Virus record (IMG/VR): IMGVR_UViG_3300025093_000018
Coordinates: 16,991 to 80,990 of that record
Length of the DNA: 64,000 nucleotides
Direction: 5' to 3' (one strand)
Origin: a virus
This document shows positions 20,701-31,824 of the stretch, one piece after another (within the stretch, counting starts at the first letter, position 1; each line of letters begins with the position of its first letter). The notes under the pieces were generated by a model, which did not search any database, had not been told where the DNA came from, and saw only the letters and a list, made by a program, of their open reading frames with translations. The position numbers and the translations under genes were made by a program.

Positions 20701-22113
20701 TTACACAATTACTGACTCTTCCAAGATGAAAGATTTGTAAGGGTTGAATACAACTGTACCAGCGAACCCTAACAAGTGGTACTGAGAACCAGCAACTCCT
20801 GTAGAAACTTCTCCAGAAGTCATACCGTCTTGTCCACCCATACCGTTTAAGTTTCCAGAAATCATTTCTGACCCTTTTAACGTAAACATAGCGATATTAG
20901 GTCTTCCAGAGTTTAAGTCAACACCTGTATCTAAGAAGATACCGTATCCATGATCAGGATATTCTTGACCTAAAGATCTATCTGGCATAAAAGTAATTGT
21001 ATTACCTTGTACATGGTAAGATTTGAAAGTAGCTCCAACTTCAACCTCTTTACCTTTAGCTTTAGAGTAGAAGTAAGATCCATCAGATGGAGAAATAAAT
21101 CTCAAGTCATCTTTCATCAATTTACCAAATGCTCTCCATAATCTTTCGTTACAGATAACAGCATAAACATTTCCAGTTGGGTTATCTGATTTTTCAACCA
21201 TTGAAGTGATAACGTCATCTAAAATGTCAGCAGTTAAAATAGAGTAAGAGAATTTATCACAGTATCTCTCGATTTGAGCTACTACACCATCTCCCATAGG
21301 GATGTCACGACCGTGGTCATCTTGCAAACGACATTTACCGTTCACATCGTAGTTAGTCTCACCCCAAACACATGCTTGGTCTCTTGAGTTCAAGAAGTGA
21401 TCTAAACAATCTTTCTCTTTTTTATTCATTTTGTAGTAAGCTGAATCATCCTTACCTTTAGCAGTTTGGATATAGATATCTTCTTGTCTAGCATAGTCAG
21501 ATGACCAGTCTACAGAAGCTCTATGACGAGAAATGTAATTTCTGTGCTTTTCAGTGTTACTTACAAATTTAGTGTATCCTCTCTCAGATAACTCTGGGAA
21601 GTAGTTACTTCTGTATCTAGTAGTGAAACCAGCAGCAGCGTAAGCAGTGTTAATAGTCTTGGTTGGATCATTAGTCACCAATCTTACTCTGTACTCATAT
21701 TTCTTTTGTGAGATTTTCTTAGGAACTGCAGTAACAAATAATTGTTGCTTGTTCTCTAATGTGAAAGTATCATTTTTGTCATAATATCTTTCCTCCAAGA
21801 TGATAGTCTCAACTTGCTCTTGAGAACCGTCTCCCGAGATAGCACCAACAATCTTAACTTTCTTAATAAAGTTAACGTTGATATCCCACTCAATACACAT
21901 TGAGTTCACAGGGCTAAAAGACCCTTCTGATTTCTTAGGATTGTAATAAACATTTTTTAATGCATCAGTCAAAGTACTGATTGCTAAGTGTGGGTACATT
22001 GTAACCACAGTACCCAATTTGTGAGGCTTTTCTCCTAAAAGAGTACCAAAATGTTGGATAGTTTTCGTATCGCTCATATTCTGAGGGATAGTATTTCTGT
22101 CTACAATTTTCAT
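20701..22113 (-). CDS. Major capsid protein (crAss-like)
   Basis: 470 aa; ELSERGY, HRNYISRHR and IPMGDGVVAQI motifs; order portal-scaffold-MCP. Confidence 0.88.
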   Translation of the reverse strand: MKIVDRNTIPQNMSDTKTIQHFGTLLGEKPHKLGTVVTMYPHLAISTLTDALKNVYYNPKKSEGSFSPVNSMCIEWDINVNFIKKVKIVGAISGDGSQEQVETIILEERYYDKNDTFTLENKQQLFVTAVPKKISQKKYEYRVRLVTNDPTKTINTAYAAAGFTTRYRSNYFPELSERGYTKFVSNTEKHRNYISRHRASVDWSSDYARQEDIYIQTAKGKDDSAYYKMNKKEKDCLDHFLNSRDQACVWGETNYDVNGKCRLQDDHGRDIPMGDGVVAQIERYCDKFSYSILTADILDDVITSMVEKSDNPTGNVYAVICNERLWRAFGKLMKDDLRFISPSDGSYFYSKAKGKEVEVGATFKSYHVQGNTITFMPDRSLGQEYPDHGYGIFLDTGVDLNSGRPNIAMFTLKGSEMISGNLNGMGGQDGMTSGEVSTGVAGSQYHLLGFAGTVVFNPYKSFILEESVIV

Positions 22114-22198
22114 ATTATTTAGCTTTTGTTTTATGGAAGGTAGTTCCTCCCTTGATTATTATTGATATATCCACCTAAGCAAAATATTTTTTAATTCA

Positions 22199-22206
22199 CA
22201 AAGGTA
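22199..22206 (-). promoter_or_regulatory. Bacteroidota -7 promoter element TACCTTTG upstream of MCP
   Basis: TAnnTTTG match in intergenic DNA. Confidence 0.4.
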
Positions 22207-22223
22207 AAAATAAAATTATTTTA

Positions 22224-23468
22224 TTAAACGTCATCATGAAGTTCATCTAGAGTAATCCTCTCTGGTTCTCTATATGGAGTTGGTGGTCTATCATCACCTT
22301 TTCCACCTTCTGGCTTTTCTGTTCTACCACTAATAGGTTTAGTAGGCATACCGTCAGTAACGCTAGCTCTACCCTTTTTATGAGCTTTAGTTACCTCTTT
22401 CTTCCAATAATTATCTAAAGTATCAAGTGCTTCTTCTCCTTTATAATGTAAATAAGCTACTCTAAATAACTTAGCTGGATCAGAGAAAACCTCCTCCATA
22501 AACAAAGAGTCACCACTCTCACCTACCTCTAGAATTTTACTTAGTACCTCATTCTTAACATCATTATCTACAGGAAAACCTACAACGTTTTCAATATCAG
22601 CTACAGCATTAACGATAGTAGTTCTGTCTTGCTCTAGCTCTGCTTTATAGGCTTCATGCTCTTCAGCTGCTAACCTCTTTGCTTCCTCTTGCTGAGTACG
22701 TATAAAAGACTCTCTCATACGCTCCACATTAGCCTCAAAGAATTTACCTTCTTTAGCTTTTGATAGATCTTCCGCAACCTCTTCGTCAGTTGCTTCCGGA
22801 TTAGCCTCTTTAATAAACTTTGTGTAAATAGCATCTTCAGACATACCTTGATAGTCAATTCCAGTAGATTCCGCTAAAGCTCTTTCTTCAGCTAATCTAG
22901 ACTTAGCCATACCCTCTAGAATTTCTTCTACAGTACCTTCTTGACTTCTAATGTAATTAATTAAACCTACCTCATCTTCGTCTAAACCATGTTGTTGAAC
23001 AGATTGTCGTGCGCCTAAGTCTGCTAAAGATTTAAGGACATTAAACTGTTCTTGTTCATCTAGTTCATTGAAGTGACGCTCAACAGTATTACCTTCCTCA
23101 TCTTCCATTTCAATGAGTCCAGCCTGGATACCAAATTCAGAAAGATACTGCTCGATACCAGATACTACCACATCATCGTCATTACCTCCTGTATCATCAC
23201 CGCCGTCATCATCAGACCCTCCGGTAGGTTCATTACCTCCATCTGGTTCATTACCATCACCTGGTTCATCTCCCCCTTCAGGGTTATTGTCTGGATCATT
23301 TGGTGGGGTTGTAGCGCTTCTAGGATTCCCTTCTGGGTTAACTACGTAATTAGGATCATTTGGATCCCCTTTGTCATCACCTTCTGGTGCTTTTCCGCCT
23401 TCTGGCGTTTTTCCTTGTTCTAAGTTGTCATCTTCATCACTGTGAAGATCTTCTAATGTAATTGCCAT
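22224..23468 (-). CDS. Capsid scaffold/assembly protein
   Basis: Very acidic, disordered D/P/G-rich N-terminus, helical remainder; immediately upstream of MCP. Confidence 0.7.
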   Translation of the reverse strand: MAITLEDLHSDEDDNLEQGKTPEGGKAPEGDDKGDPNDPNYVVNPEGNPRSATTPPNDPDNNPEGGDEPGDGNEPDGGNEPTGGSDDDGGDDTGGNDDDVVVSGIEQYLSEFGIQAGLIEMEDEEGNTVERHFNELDEQEQFNVLKSLADLGARQSVQQHGLDEDEVGLINYIRSQEGTVEEILEGMAKSRLAEERALAESTGIDYQGMSEDAIYTKFIKEANPEATDEEVAEDLSKAKEGKFFEANVERMRESFIRTQQEEAKRLAAEEHEAYKAELEQDRTTIVNAVADIENVVGFPVDNDVKNEVLSKILEVGESGDSLFMEEVFSDPAKLFRVAYLHYKGEEALDTLDNYWKKEVTKAHKKGRASVTDGMPTKPISGRTEKPEGGKGDDRPPTPYREPERITLDELHDDV

Positions 23469-23535
23469 ATTATTCTTATTTAAGTTATTAACTTATTAAT
23501 TTTTTCATTATATAATATATGTATTCTTTTTGGTA

Positions 23536-23955
23536 TTAGTTAGTACTTTCACTAGATAATCTCCAGTGAAACTGACCATCTATTAATGTACCAAAGAAGG
23601 ACATTTTCTTTCCAGCAGTAATAGTATAAGACCTGGTTGTATTAGCAGGATCATCTAATAATATATGATCTGTATTAAAGATAAAAATCTTACTTACTGT
23701 ATTATTTGAATTATCCAATTCTAACCAATGCATAGTTCTATCCTCCCAATTAACCGGAGAATTAATATAAACAGTTTGTGCTTGATTTACTGGAGAAGTA
23801 TATTTCATCCTAGTATGGTCATGCATTAAATCAGGTGAAACGGTTAAACCGTAAGATACTAATTCAATCTCTCTGCTATCTGTATCAGGAGCATCAGTAT
23901 TTTTAAGTGTTTTACTATTCCTGGTTGCTTGTTCTAATATAGGTGTATTTGCCAT
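23536..23955 (-). CDS. Hypothetical structural protein
   Basis: ORF in virion operon. Confidence 0.5.
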   Translation of the reverse strand: MANTPILEQATRNSKTLKNTDAPDTDSREIELVSYGLTVSPDLMHDHTRMKYTSPVNQAQTVYINSPVNWEDRTMHWLELDNSNNTVSKIFIFNTDHILLDDPANTTRSYTITAGKKMSFFGTLIDGQFHWRLSSESTN

Positions 23956-23966
23956 AATTTAAATTT

Positions 23967-24305
23967 TTAGTTGTTAGAGTTTTTTAATGCATTCAGATCT
24001 ACTGGATCTGGTAAATTATTAAACACTCTATCAGGTAATTGACTATTTGTTCCGCAAAGATCCTTAGTCAATAATTCTTTTAATATATCTAATAAATACT
24101 CATTATCTGCAACTTCTTCATTATCTTCATACTCTAAGTGATCAATAATAGCTCCAATTGCAATAGATAAAGCATACATCTTATCTAATTCTACTGAATT
24201 ACCTACAAAAGGCTCCTTGCTGGCAATCTTATCTATAAGTCTACCAACAAGAGCTCTACCCTCTATAAGATAAGGCTCATAACTATCTGTAAATTTAATT
24301 AACAT
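23967..24305 (-). CDS. Hypothetical protein
   Basis: ORF overlapping the upstream gene. Confidence 0.5.
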   Translation of the reverse strand: MLIKFTDSYEPYLIEGRALVGRLIDKIASKEPFVGNSVELDKMYALSIAIGAIIDHLEYEDNEEVADNEYLLDILKELLTKDLCGTNSQLPDRVFNNLPDPVDLNALKNSNN

Positions 24306-25369
24306 AAGTGTTCTTTATCATGGTATAAGCATAGGTAACATAATTCTCTTGTAGATTCAATGATCTTTTGAGATGTTTTAAATACCTCAGCGTTAAATTT
24401 AACTAATGCCCCAACTCTCTTCTGAGTTAGTTTTATCCAGTTATGGATAGTAGACATACCAAAATCCTTTTTATCACAACAACATGCTATTTTTAATAAC
24501 TCCTTTCTAATCGCCTCGTTTAAATCTGGTGTAGCTAAATGTTGAGTTTCAACAAAATAAACAGGATCATTAGTCATTGCTGGTCCCATATTATTTCTTA
24601 AAAAATCCATCCACTCTACAAACGTAGGAGTTTCTTTCCAATCTGTTGGATCTGGTATAGTTAAATTAGAATCATTAGGGTCTACAACAGGTGCTCCTGT
24701 ATTACCTGTAATATTCACATAAAACTTTTCTTGAGTTGGGTAGTAAATGATTTGTCCATTAGCTGCACTTGTAGCAGCGTTTGCAGCAGTCCAAGTCTTA
24801 CAAGCTATAACATAAGAAGTATACCAACCATCTGTATAAATTTTAGTCCCTATAGCATTAGCTAATTCAAACGAGTGTTGAACTGGAGCCCTATAGAAAG
24901 CTGTATATCTATTTTCAACTAAACCAGACTCTCCACCTAAAAATTGTTTTACAACAGTAATTCCTTGAGATTGATCGTATGGCCAGTTAGCTGTATCTAA
25001 TGGGTTAGATGTTTCTGGAAAGGATCCAGGTAGTTGAAATTCTGCTGGTTTATATACCCATTCATTTGAGTTGTTATACCCGGCTAATTGTGTAGCGCTA
25101 GCCCCTGAATCAGATTCCATAACTACAGTTTGTATTAATTCCTGAGTTTCACAAGAAATACCATTATAAGTTAAGAAAGTTTTCTTAACCATATCAGTCC
25201 CTAATTGCCACGGTAATACAGCGTAATTTAAATTAGTATCAAGTAGAGCTAGATCCTTGTCAGTGAAATCATAGTCTAATGATATATTCTCAACATTAGG
25301 GTTTAATCTAAATGCTGAGTCAGATAAACTACCTGCAGTAGGCATTGACTCTACTATTCTAATATCCAT
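24299..25369 (-). CDS. Putative tail hub/structural protein
   Basis: DGWY motif and Cys-rich helical C-terminus; located downstream of portal. Confidence 0.45.
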   Translation of the reverse strand: MDIRIVESMPTAGSLSDSAFRLNPNVENISLDYDFTDKDLALLDTNLNYAVLPWQLGTDMVKKTFLTYNGISCETQELIQTVVMESDSGASATQLAGYNNSNEWVYKPAEFQLPGSFPETSNPLDTANWPYDQSQGITVVKQFLGGESGLVENRYTAFYRAPVQHSFELANAIGTKIYTDGWYTSYVIACKTWTAANAATSAANGQIIYYPTQEKFYVNITGNTGAPVVDPNDSNLTIPDPTDWKETPTFVEWMDFLRNNMGPAMTNDPVYFVETQHLATPDLNEAIRKELLKIACCCDKKDFGMSTIHNWIKLTQKRVGALVKFNAEVFKTSQKIIESTRELCYLCLYHDKEHLC

Positions 25370-25527
25370 TATTTATAATTTTTAATAAATTCTTTTACTT
25401 TATCTACAGAACCAAAGTAATTAATCCATCTCGGTTTAAAAAGTTGTCTAATATTAACAGTTACAACCGCTCTATTTTCTAACTCAATTTTATACTTTTG
25501 ACTTGTATTTTCCGAAATCTCTGCCAT
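25369..25527 (-). CDS. Small 52-aa protein (MAEISENTSQKYKIELENRAVV...)
   Basis: Not in track; coupled by TAATG overlaps to both the portal gene and 24299-25369. Confidence 0.65.
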   Translation of the reverse strand: MAEISENTSQKYKIELENRAVVTVNIRQLFKPRWINYFGSVDKVKEFIKNYK

Positions 25528-27893
25528 TATATATTATTTCTAATTTCTCTCGCATTACCGGCAGTGTTCTCAGCATATAGTTGTTCTCTTTCTAATTGTA
25601 CAATCTCCCTATCTTTTTCAATATCTGCGGCATCTTTCTTAATTTTACGTTCTATCTCTTCTTTACCAAGATCAATCTTATCTTGATCATTTTTAGCTTT
25701 AAGAGCTAACTCTCTATTTTTTAGGTCTACATCCTCTTGAGATTTTTTATCAATCTCTTTTTGTAACTGATCTATTAATTTAGCTTGTTCTTGGCTATCA
25801 TTACTCATTTGCTCTACCTGACCCTCTAACTGACCAACCATATCGTTCTCCTCCCTACGTTTCCTTATACTAGTTTGTACTAGTTGTAGGATATTTGTAG
25901 TAGAATCAGACATAATCATTTCGATTAAAATTTCTGGATCTATAACACCAGCTGCAATTAACTCTGGTACAGCAGCTGATAACTTCTCTAACTTAGCGTT
26001 CTCCCTACTAGAATTAACAACTTGTATATTGAAATCTGTAAAACAAAAGTCTTTAGCTTGGACATCAAATAAAATTGATCTATGACCAACAATATAAGAA
26101 CCTCGCTTACCTTTTATATAGGAGTATCTTGCTCTATTAATTAAGTCAATAAGCATATATCTCCTAGCCGTATGAACTAATTCAAATAAATCTTTCGTGA
26201 TTAAAGATGTTTGTTGTTGACCAACTTTAACATTACTAACCGCATCTCTAACCTCAGCGGCTTGATACATATGTCTATTTATACCAGATACAACATCTGC
26301 TTGAGCTTGTATAGTCTCAAGTACCGCATTTAATGAGGCTATAACATTACCATCTACCGAACCTTTAAAATCTCCGTAATGTTGGAATAAATTTGCCCCA
26401 TCTTCTGTAGGGTCTATTATTTCAACGCCTTGCTTTCTTAGTGCGATAAATTTTAATAACCGCTCCATAAAATCATTACCAAGTACTTTTGGTATAGCTG
26501 CTAGGTTAATACGTGACCCATCAACACCAGAGTTAGCTATTAAGTTATCTCTAAAGAACATTACAATATCAAAAGAGTCTTGTAAATCCTTTAAAGACCA
26601 TGCTAATGAATATGGTTCTCCATTTCTTTCATTATACCCTACACCATTATAAGATAATTTAGTTTTCCACGGGGTACCTATACTTCTTACGGTATTTCTA
26701 CTCTTACCACATTCCAGGTAAATATTATAACCAATTCTAATTCCTTGATATTTATCAAGTCTATAAGCTTTCTTTTTTACCTTACTAGCCCCAGCATCTG
26801 CTCCATAAAATTCTCTATACTCCTCTGTTGATACTTTACTTTCATTTACAACTTGTAAGTCGTCTTGTGTCTCGTCATCAATGTCAACCTCATTACTAGC
26901 TAACCACTCAACAAAATATACCGGTATATAATCAGTTCCTCTTCTAGTGTATTGATTAGTTTTACCTATAGTTCCATCAATACTTCTATTGGCATACTCG
27001 ATTTCTCTTGTAGATCTTACTATATTTGTATGTCCAGTACCTCTACCAGGTGCTTTACCAAATAAGTCTTCTTTATCCTGTTTACTTAGTAAATGCCCCC
27101 ATCTATTTAAGATCTCTTCCCTCTTCATATACTCTCTCTGAACAACAGTGTCTACATTAGGATTATTTCCTGTAGACATAAATTGATGGTTAGTATTCTT
27201 ACTAAAGAATATATTTTCTGGTTTAACTATCTCTAAAACAGGGTCAGCACCTATCTGAGGTACTGATGTTTTATAGTAAGCTTCCCCAGTAACTAAAAGG
27301 TCTAAAAAGAATAATTTAACCTTCTGCTTTAAGTCTATAGTTGGGTCTTGTGAAAAGAATTTAATTAATGATTGAGCAGCTATTTCGAAGGAAGATATAA
27401 AGGATTCATTTATCAAAGAGTCAATGGATTCCAAATATCTTTGGCTAACCATATTATCCTCTATAGGCATCCCTTTCTGGAGATTTGTTTTATTCCTACT
27501 TAACTGCTCTTGGTACTTTGCTCTAACACGTTTTACTCTCTCCTCTGTTTTCTGTGTCTCTATGTTTTCTAGGGATACAGAATCATTAACAGTTACCCTA
27601 TATGTAAATGTTTCATCTAATAAAATTCCAAGTAATACATCAATCCTTGTTTTTACAAGAGGGGTCATTTTAAGCGCTAACGGGGTTTCAATTCCGAAAG
27701 TCTCTTGTAAATAACGAAATTCATCATCATCCCTAATACCTTCGTAAAGGTTTCTGGCTCTTCTAATATGATCTCTCTCGTAAACTAATTGAGCAATACT
27801 GAAGTCTATACACTTGTGTAGATACTCAAAGGTATTCTTTTCCTTTTCTGTAGTATATACATCTTCTATATTTTTATTAGTTACATATGGCAT
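25527..27893 (-). CDS. Portal protein
   Basis: 788 aa; F.DLLVTGEAYY, GEPYSL...DLQD and VSGINR motifs; coiled-coil C-terminus; between terminase and MCP. Confidence 0.85.
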   Translation of the reverse strand: MPYVTNKNIEDVYTTEKEKNTFEYLHKCIDFSIAQLVYERDHIRRARNLYEGIRDDDEFRYLQETFGIETPLALKMTPLVKTRIDVLLGILLDETFTYRVTVNDSVSLENIETQKTEERVKRVRAKYQEQLSRNKTNLQKGMPIEDNMVSQRYLESIDSLINESFISSFEIAAQSLIKFFSQDPTIDLKQKVKLFFLDLLVTGEAYYKTSVPQIGADPVLEIVKPENIFFSKNTNHQFMSTGNNPNVDTVVQREYMKREEILNRWGHLLSKQDKEDLFGKAPGRGTGHTNIVRSTREIEYANRSIDGTIGKTNQYTRRGTDYIPVYFVEWLASNEVDIDDETQDDLQVVNESKVSTEEYREFYGADAGASKVKKKAYRLDKYQGIRIGYNIYLECGKSRNTVRSIGTPWKTKLSYNGVGYNERNGEPYSLAWSLKDLQDSFDIVMFFRDNLIANSGVDGSRINLAAIPKVLGNDFMERLLKFIALRKQGVEIIDPTEDGANLFQHYGDFKGSVDGNVIASLNAVLETIQAQADVVSGINRHMYQAAEVRDAVSNVKVGQQQTSLITKDLFELVHTARRYMLIDLINRARYSYIKGKRGSYIVGHRSILFDVQAKDFCFTDFNIQVVNSSRENAKLEKLSAAVPELIAAGVIDPEILIEMIMSDSTTNILQLVQTSIRKRREENDMVGQLEGQVEQMSNDSQEQAKLIDQLQKEIDKKSQEDVDLKNRELALKAKNDQDKIDLGKEEIERKIKKDAADIEKDREIVQLEREQLYAENTAGNAREIRNNI

Positions 27894-27905
27894 TGATACT
27901 AGCTA

Positions 27906-28493
27906 TTATAATGTGCACAGTATATCTCTACTGTTTAATGTTTTTATCTGCTCACCAGGTTTATTTACAATTAAATTACCTGCATGAGGTTCAAAGAAAA
28001 CTACAGTACCTTCCGAATAACCGGTAGAGTTTATACCACATTTAATAACCTTTCCCTTTTGTGTTACAGCCTCTCTCGGGTCATTGTGATCTCCTATATA
28101 TACTTCGTCTTCTACTTTTTGATCTTCTATAAGTTCTACTAAAATTCTATCATTAGTAGGTTTAAGTTCTTCTTTTGTCATCTCTAAACTATCTGAAATT
28201 GCTACTATATTATATGCTGGAATTATTTTCGTATAAACACCTTTGGTTGCTAGTGCGTGGCCTGACCACTGTGAAAATATTGCATACTTACCTTCTTCTA
28301 TACTAGGACACTGATCCTTATCTTTTGCTTTAGGTCCAAACTTATGAATTTTACCTATATAAAACTCTGTTGGATGTGCATCTGTCTCGACAGCATTTTG
28401 ATTTCCTACGTATAAACCTTCAGATACTTCTTCTAGTTTTTCAACTTCTACCAGAACATGTTGATTTTCTGGTTTTACATCATTTACTTCCAT
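27906..28493 (-). CDS. Co-chaperonin with two tandem GroES/Cpn10 domains
   Basis: Two repeats: VKPENQHVLVE...GKIHKFGP and LKPTNDRILVE...KGKVIKCG...RDIL. Confidence 0.75.
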   Translation of the reverse strand: MEVNDVKPENQHVLVEVEKLEEVSEGLYVGNQNAVETDAHPTEFYIGKIHKFGPKAKDKDQCPSIEEGKYAIFSQWSGHALATKGVYTKIIPAYNIVAISDSLEMTKEELKPTNDRILVELIEDQKVEDEVYIGDHNDPREAVTQKGKVIKCGINSTGYSEGTVVFFEPHAGNLIVNKPGEQIKTLNSRDILCTL

Positions 28494-28551
28494 ATTATTT
28501 ATATTTACATTACCTCGATAATATATTAAATTCTATTTAATTAAAAATGTG

Positions 28552-30876
28552 TTAATACATTGGCTTTGGGTCATCAGGATCGGTCATATCTATCCATCTT
28601 ACCCCACCATGTTTTTTAAATTTTTCAGCTTCTAAGAATTGCTCCATCTCATTTCCTCCTTGACCTTTTTTCTCGGGAATTACTCCGTACCTTTTAATTC
28701 TACGACCGTCTGGTAACTTTTCTGTCCAATAACCAAAAGATTGTAATTGTTGAGTTTCTCTTACTGGTGGTTTAGCTACCTTACCCATTAAATCTTCATC
28801 TGATAATTCACATAACCCCATAGCTATTACCATATCATACTTAGTACGATTATCTCTATCATAATCTTGTAGTTGAGCTAGTAAATCCGGAAACCATATT
28901 TTATCATAACTATCATCAATATATGATTTAATTTTACCGTCCATATGATCAATAAGATAAGAACTTACCTGAGTACCTATTAAATTAGAGCTCTTCTTAG
29001 GGTCTCCCCCTTGTAAAGCAATAGATGGTCTCTTCTTTAGTAAGTGATAAAACCCCATATCTCTAAAATAACCAACAATACCAATTTTAGTATACTCTAT
29101 ATTTACTTGAGAGTTATAGTATATGGCCAGCTTAAGTGCATTACCCCAATCATCCCTAACATCGTCAGAACGTTTATTATATTTAGCAACATAAATATTT
29201 GATGTGTATTTAAAGTACCCTTTATCCACAACACGTTTTTTAACCATCATACAAAGTTCAGAACCTTTTTTATTATCTGTTGCGTAAGATGAATCAATAT
29301 TACCTTGATCAATACTATCACAACCGGATACATATAAATCTTTCATTGGTTGTTTCTCGTCGTCAGGTAAATCTGTTATATCCTGCAACCAGTGTGGATG
29401 CTCTAGTATTTCTATATCACCAGTAGTTGGTGCTGGATCCCATTCTACCCCAATAATTTTACCATTCTCAGCTTGTTTCCATTTAAGGAAACCTCTACCA
29501 GGTTTTGGTATATTATCTTTACCAAAGTCAATTGTGGTCCTTTGTGTGGCTATCTTATCCTGATCAAAGATATTTACTCCTGTACGTAAGAATACCTCTT
29601 TAATAGTCATAGGGAATTCTTGTAGAAGCCCCATGTATGCAATTGGGTCTGATTTCTTCTTGGCTCTCTCTTCTTCCGTTTCCATTCTACCTAAAGCTAC
29701 ATCTGGGCATCCACTATCTTCCCAAGTACCAGAACGTTTTATATGTGTTGGGATAAATATTCCACAACCTTTATCGCCAGCTTCTTCCCAATCCCATGTT
29801 GGTATACATTCACTAGCAATAGGATCCATAAATATCCCTTCTGCTTGATCATTTTCTACAGTACCTCCAGTCCCAGAATATAAAACTGTACATTTCTTCA
29901 TACCACCCATTACATACCAAGATCCTCTAGATTCTCTCATGCATGATTTAAGATCTCCTTTTTGTCCTGTAGGTGGGAACGCAGCAAACTCCTCTATTAA
30001 CTGTATAGTAGGACGCTTACCCCTTGTCTTACCGGCGTTTTTACCATAAGTAATTTTTTCCATTTTAGCTAGATACCCTCTATCTTCTGTTGTACCATCT
30101 GGTAATTCTACCACCTCTCCAGAATATTTCATTGTTAGCGAGTCGGTAATACGTTTATGTTTAAGAGCTCTATGTAACTTTTCAATAGCTGTTAAACATT
30201 CCTCAACCTTATTCCAAGCCTCGGAAGTTGTTTCATCATTTGTAGAAGATACTACAGTCCAAGAGTTAGGGAATAATCTATATTCTCTATCCATAATCGA
30301 GCCCCATAGGTATGATTTACCTATACCACGACCTCCCATTAAAGATACATCTTGTTTTGTAAGTCTTGCCTTCCAAGCTATATCAAGTATATATCTATCG
30401 ATATTACAATAAAAAGGATGACCTGGGTCAAAATCAGGAACTAAGTTTCCGTCTTCATCATATTTTGGGACTGGGAATACAAAAACATTTAACCAGTAAA
30501 CCATATAAGGATTCCAATACTCACCATCAACCCAAACACCATGTTTACAATATTCTATAAGATCTCGATACCAATTCTCCATATCTAAAGAATCCGGATG
30601 ATAAGCTGGTAAGTCTCTCCATTGTATTAGTTCTTTAGGTACAGGTCTATATACTAAGTAATCTTTTAAATTAATTTCTTCATTACCTGTTGGACAACCA
30701 TATAATTTATCTGGTACATCAGTAACATCAAACTCACCATTCATGATTTTTCCATCTTTCTTAACTAAGAAATCTAAATCAAACTTATCATAGTCATTTT
30801 CAAACGCAGCTCTTGGAAGTTTATTAATATCAATAAACTTTACCGGTTTTGGTTTATGTAATTCTCTAGTTGTCAT
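28552..30876 (-). CDS. terL: Terminase large subunit
   Basis: Walker A GGRGIGKS, Walker B IQLIEE, YSGTGG coupling motif, nuclease GCDSID and YDMVIAMG. Confidence 0.92.
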   Translation of the reverse strand: MTTRELHKPKPVKFIDINKLPRAAFENDYDKFDLDFLVKKDGKIMNGEFDVTDVPDKLYGCPTGNEEINLKDYLVYRPVPKELIQWRDLPAYHPDSLDMENWYRDLIEYCKHGVWVDGEYWNPYMVYWLNVFVFPVPKYDEDGNLVPDFDPGHPFYCNIDRYILDIAWKARLTKQDVSLMGGRGIGKSYLWGSIMDREYRLFPNSWTVVSSTNDETTSEAWNKVEECLTAIEKLHRALKHKRITDSLTMKYSGEVVELPDGTTEDRGYLAKMEKITYGKNAGKTRGKRPTIQLIEEFAAFPPTGQKGDLKSCMRESRGSWYVMGGMKKCTVLYSGTGGTVENDQAEGIFMDPIASECIPTWDWEEAGDKGCGIFIPTHIKRSGTWEDSGCPDVALGRMETEEERAKKKSDPIAYMGLLQEFPMTIKEVFLRTGVNIFDQDKIATQRTTIDFGKDNIPKPGRGFLKWKQAENGKIIGVEWDPAPTTGDIEILEHPHWLQDITDLPDDEKQPMKDLYVSGCDSIDQGNIDSSYATDNKKGSELCMMVKKRVVDKGYFKYTSNIYVAKYNKRSDDVRDDWGNALKLAIYYNSQVNIEYTKIGIVGYFRDMGFYHLLKKRPSIALQGGDPKKSSNLIGTQVSSYLIDHMDGKIKSYIDDSYDKIWFPDLLAQLQDYDRDNRTKYDMVIAMGLCELSDEDLMGKVAKPPVRETQQLQSFGYWTEKLPDGRRIKRYGVIPEKKGQGGNEMEQFLEAEKFKKHGGVRWIDMTDPDDPKPMY

Positions 30877-31478
30877 TACTCTTCATCATCCCTAAACACG
30901 CCACGTTCTATCATAGAACTTCCCTTATCTCCTCTAACTCTACCAACATTTTCTACTTTCTTAGCTGTTTCCTTGGCTTTTAACATACCAACTGCTAGTA
31001 CTTCTAATTGTTTTACAAATCCAGCAATAGCTCTCTCATTAGTAACAACCTTATCTAGTTGACCGTCTTCATCATGAACAATCTCTATAAAGGGTTCTGT
31101 TTTATTTAATAAAGCACTGATTTCATCAATTTTCTTTTGTTGTACCATAGCAGATCTTTCTAACGCATCCTCATTAAAGTAGTTGTATGCGTCCATAGCA
31201 GCATCTATAAGACTCTGTTCTTTATTAGTGAATGATGTTTTATTGATAGGACCTAGAGCTCTGACCATGGCTTGTCTAGGTTTTTCGCGGTAGTCTACAT
31301 CTTTCATAGGATTGCTGTTTGTAAGATCACAACAATAAAATACGTATAATAACATACGCATGCCTAGCTCTTCTTTGTTCTTTTTACTAGCGTATTCAAG
31401 GATATTAGTAAATTCCTCAATCATAGCTAATTTAGGATCAATAGCTAGTTTACCACCAAGTAGTGTAAACGATATCAT
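30876..31478 (-). CDS. Putative terminase small subunit
   Basis: Helical 200-aa protein coupled to TerL, ending GRVRGDK. Confidence 0.5.
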   Translation of the reverse strand: MISFTLLGGKLAIDPKLAMIEEFTNILEYASKKNKEELGMRMLLYVFYCCDLTNSNPMKDVDYREKPRQAMVRALGPINKTSFTNKEQSLIDAAMDAYNYFNEDALERSAMVQQKKIDEISALLNKTEPFIEIVHDEDGQLDKVVTNERAIAGFVKQLEVLAVGMLKAKETAKKVENVGRVRGDKGSSMIERGVFRDDEE

Positions 31479-31501
31479 ATTCTTCTTATTATCTTATATT
31501 A

Positions 31502-31720
31502 TTATTTCGAATGTACTAAATCTTTAGTATTAAAGATCTGTTCTTGATATTCTCCTTTATTTGTAAACCAAAAACATAAAACACCCATTAGCTGAGGTTT
31601 ATTAGTCTTCTCATCTTTCATTCGACTTTTCTTGATCTCTTTAACGATCATTTGAGGTCTAAACATAATTTCCTGTTTCAACTCTACAACTTCTCCAGGA
31701 ACAAAATATACCATACTCAT
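31502..31720 (-). CDS. YodC/DUF2158-like small protein
   Basis: PGEVVELK...PQMIV...VLCFWF..G.YQEQIF pattern. Confidence 0.6.
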   Translation of the reverse strand: MSMVYFVPGEVVELKQEIMFRPQMIVKEIKKSRMKDEKTNKPQLMGVLCFWFTNKGEYQEQIFNTKDLVHSK

Positions 31721-31824
31721 AACTTATTAACATTAAAATTTATATTACTTTAATATAAGAAAGTTTTTAATAAGGTCAATGGGATTCGCGATTCGCGTAT
31801 TGCATATCGTGATATGGAATATTG

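Noticed and set aside
28552-30876. Intein or intron in terminase
   Set aside because: Single continuous ORF with contiguous motifs and no HN-C/S/T junction or endonuclease motifs noticed
1233-31720. Stop-codon reassignment, as in some crAss-like phages
   Set aside because: Long genes are intact under the standard code, TAG and TGA serve as stops elsewhere in the window, and no suppressor tRNA (CUA/UCA) was seen
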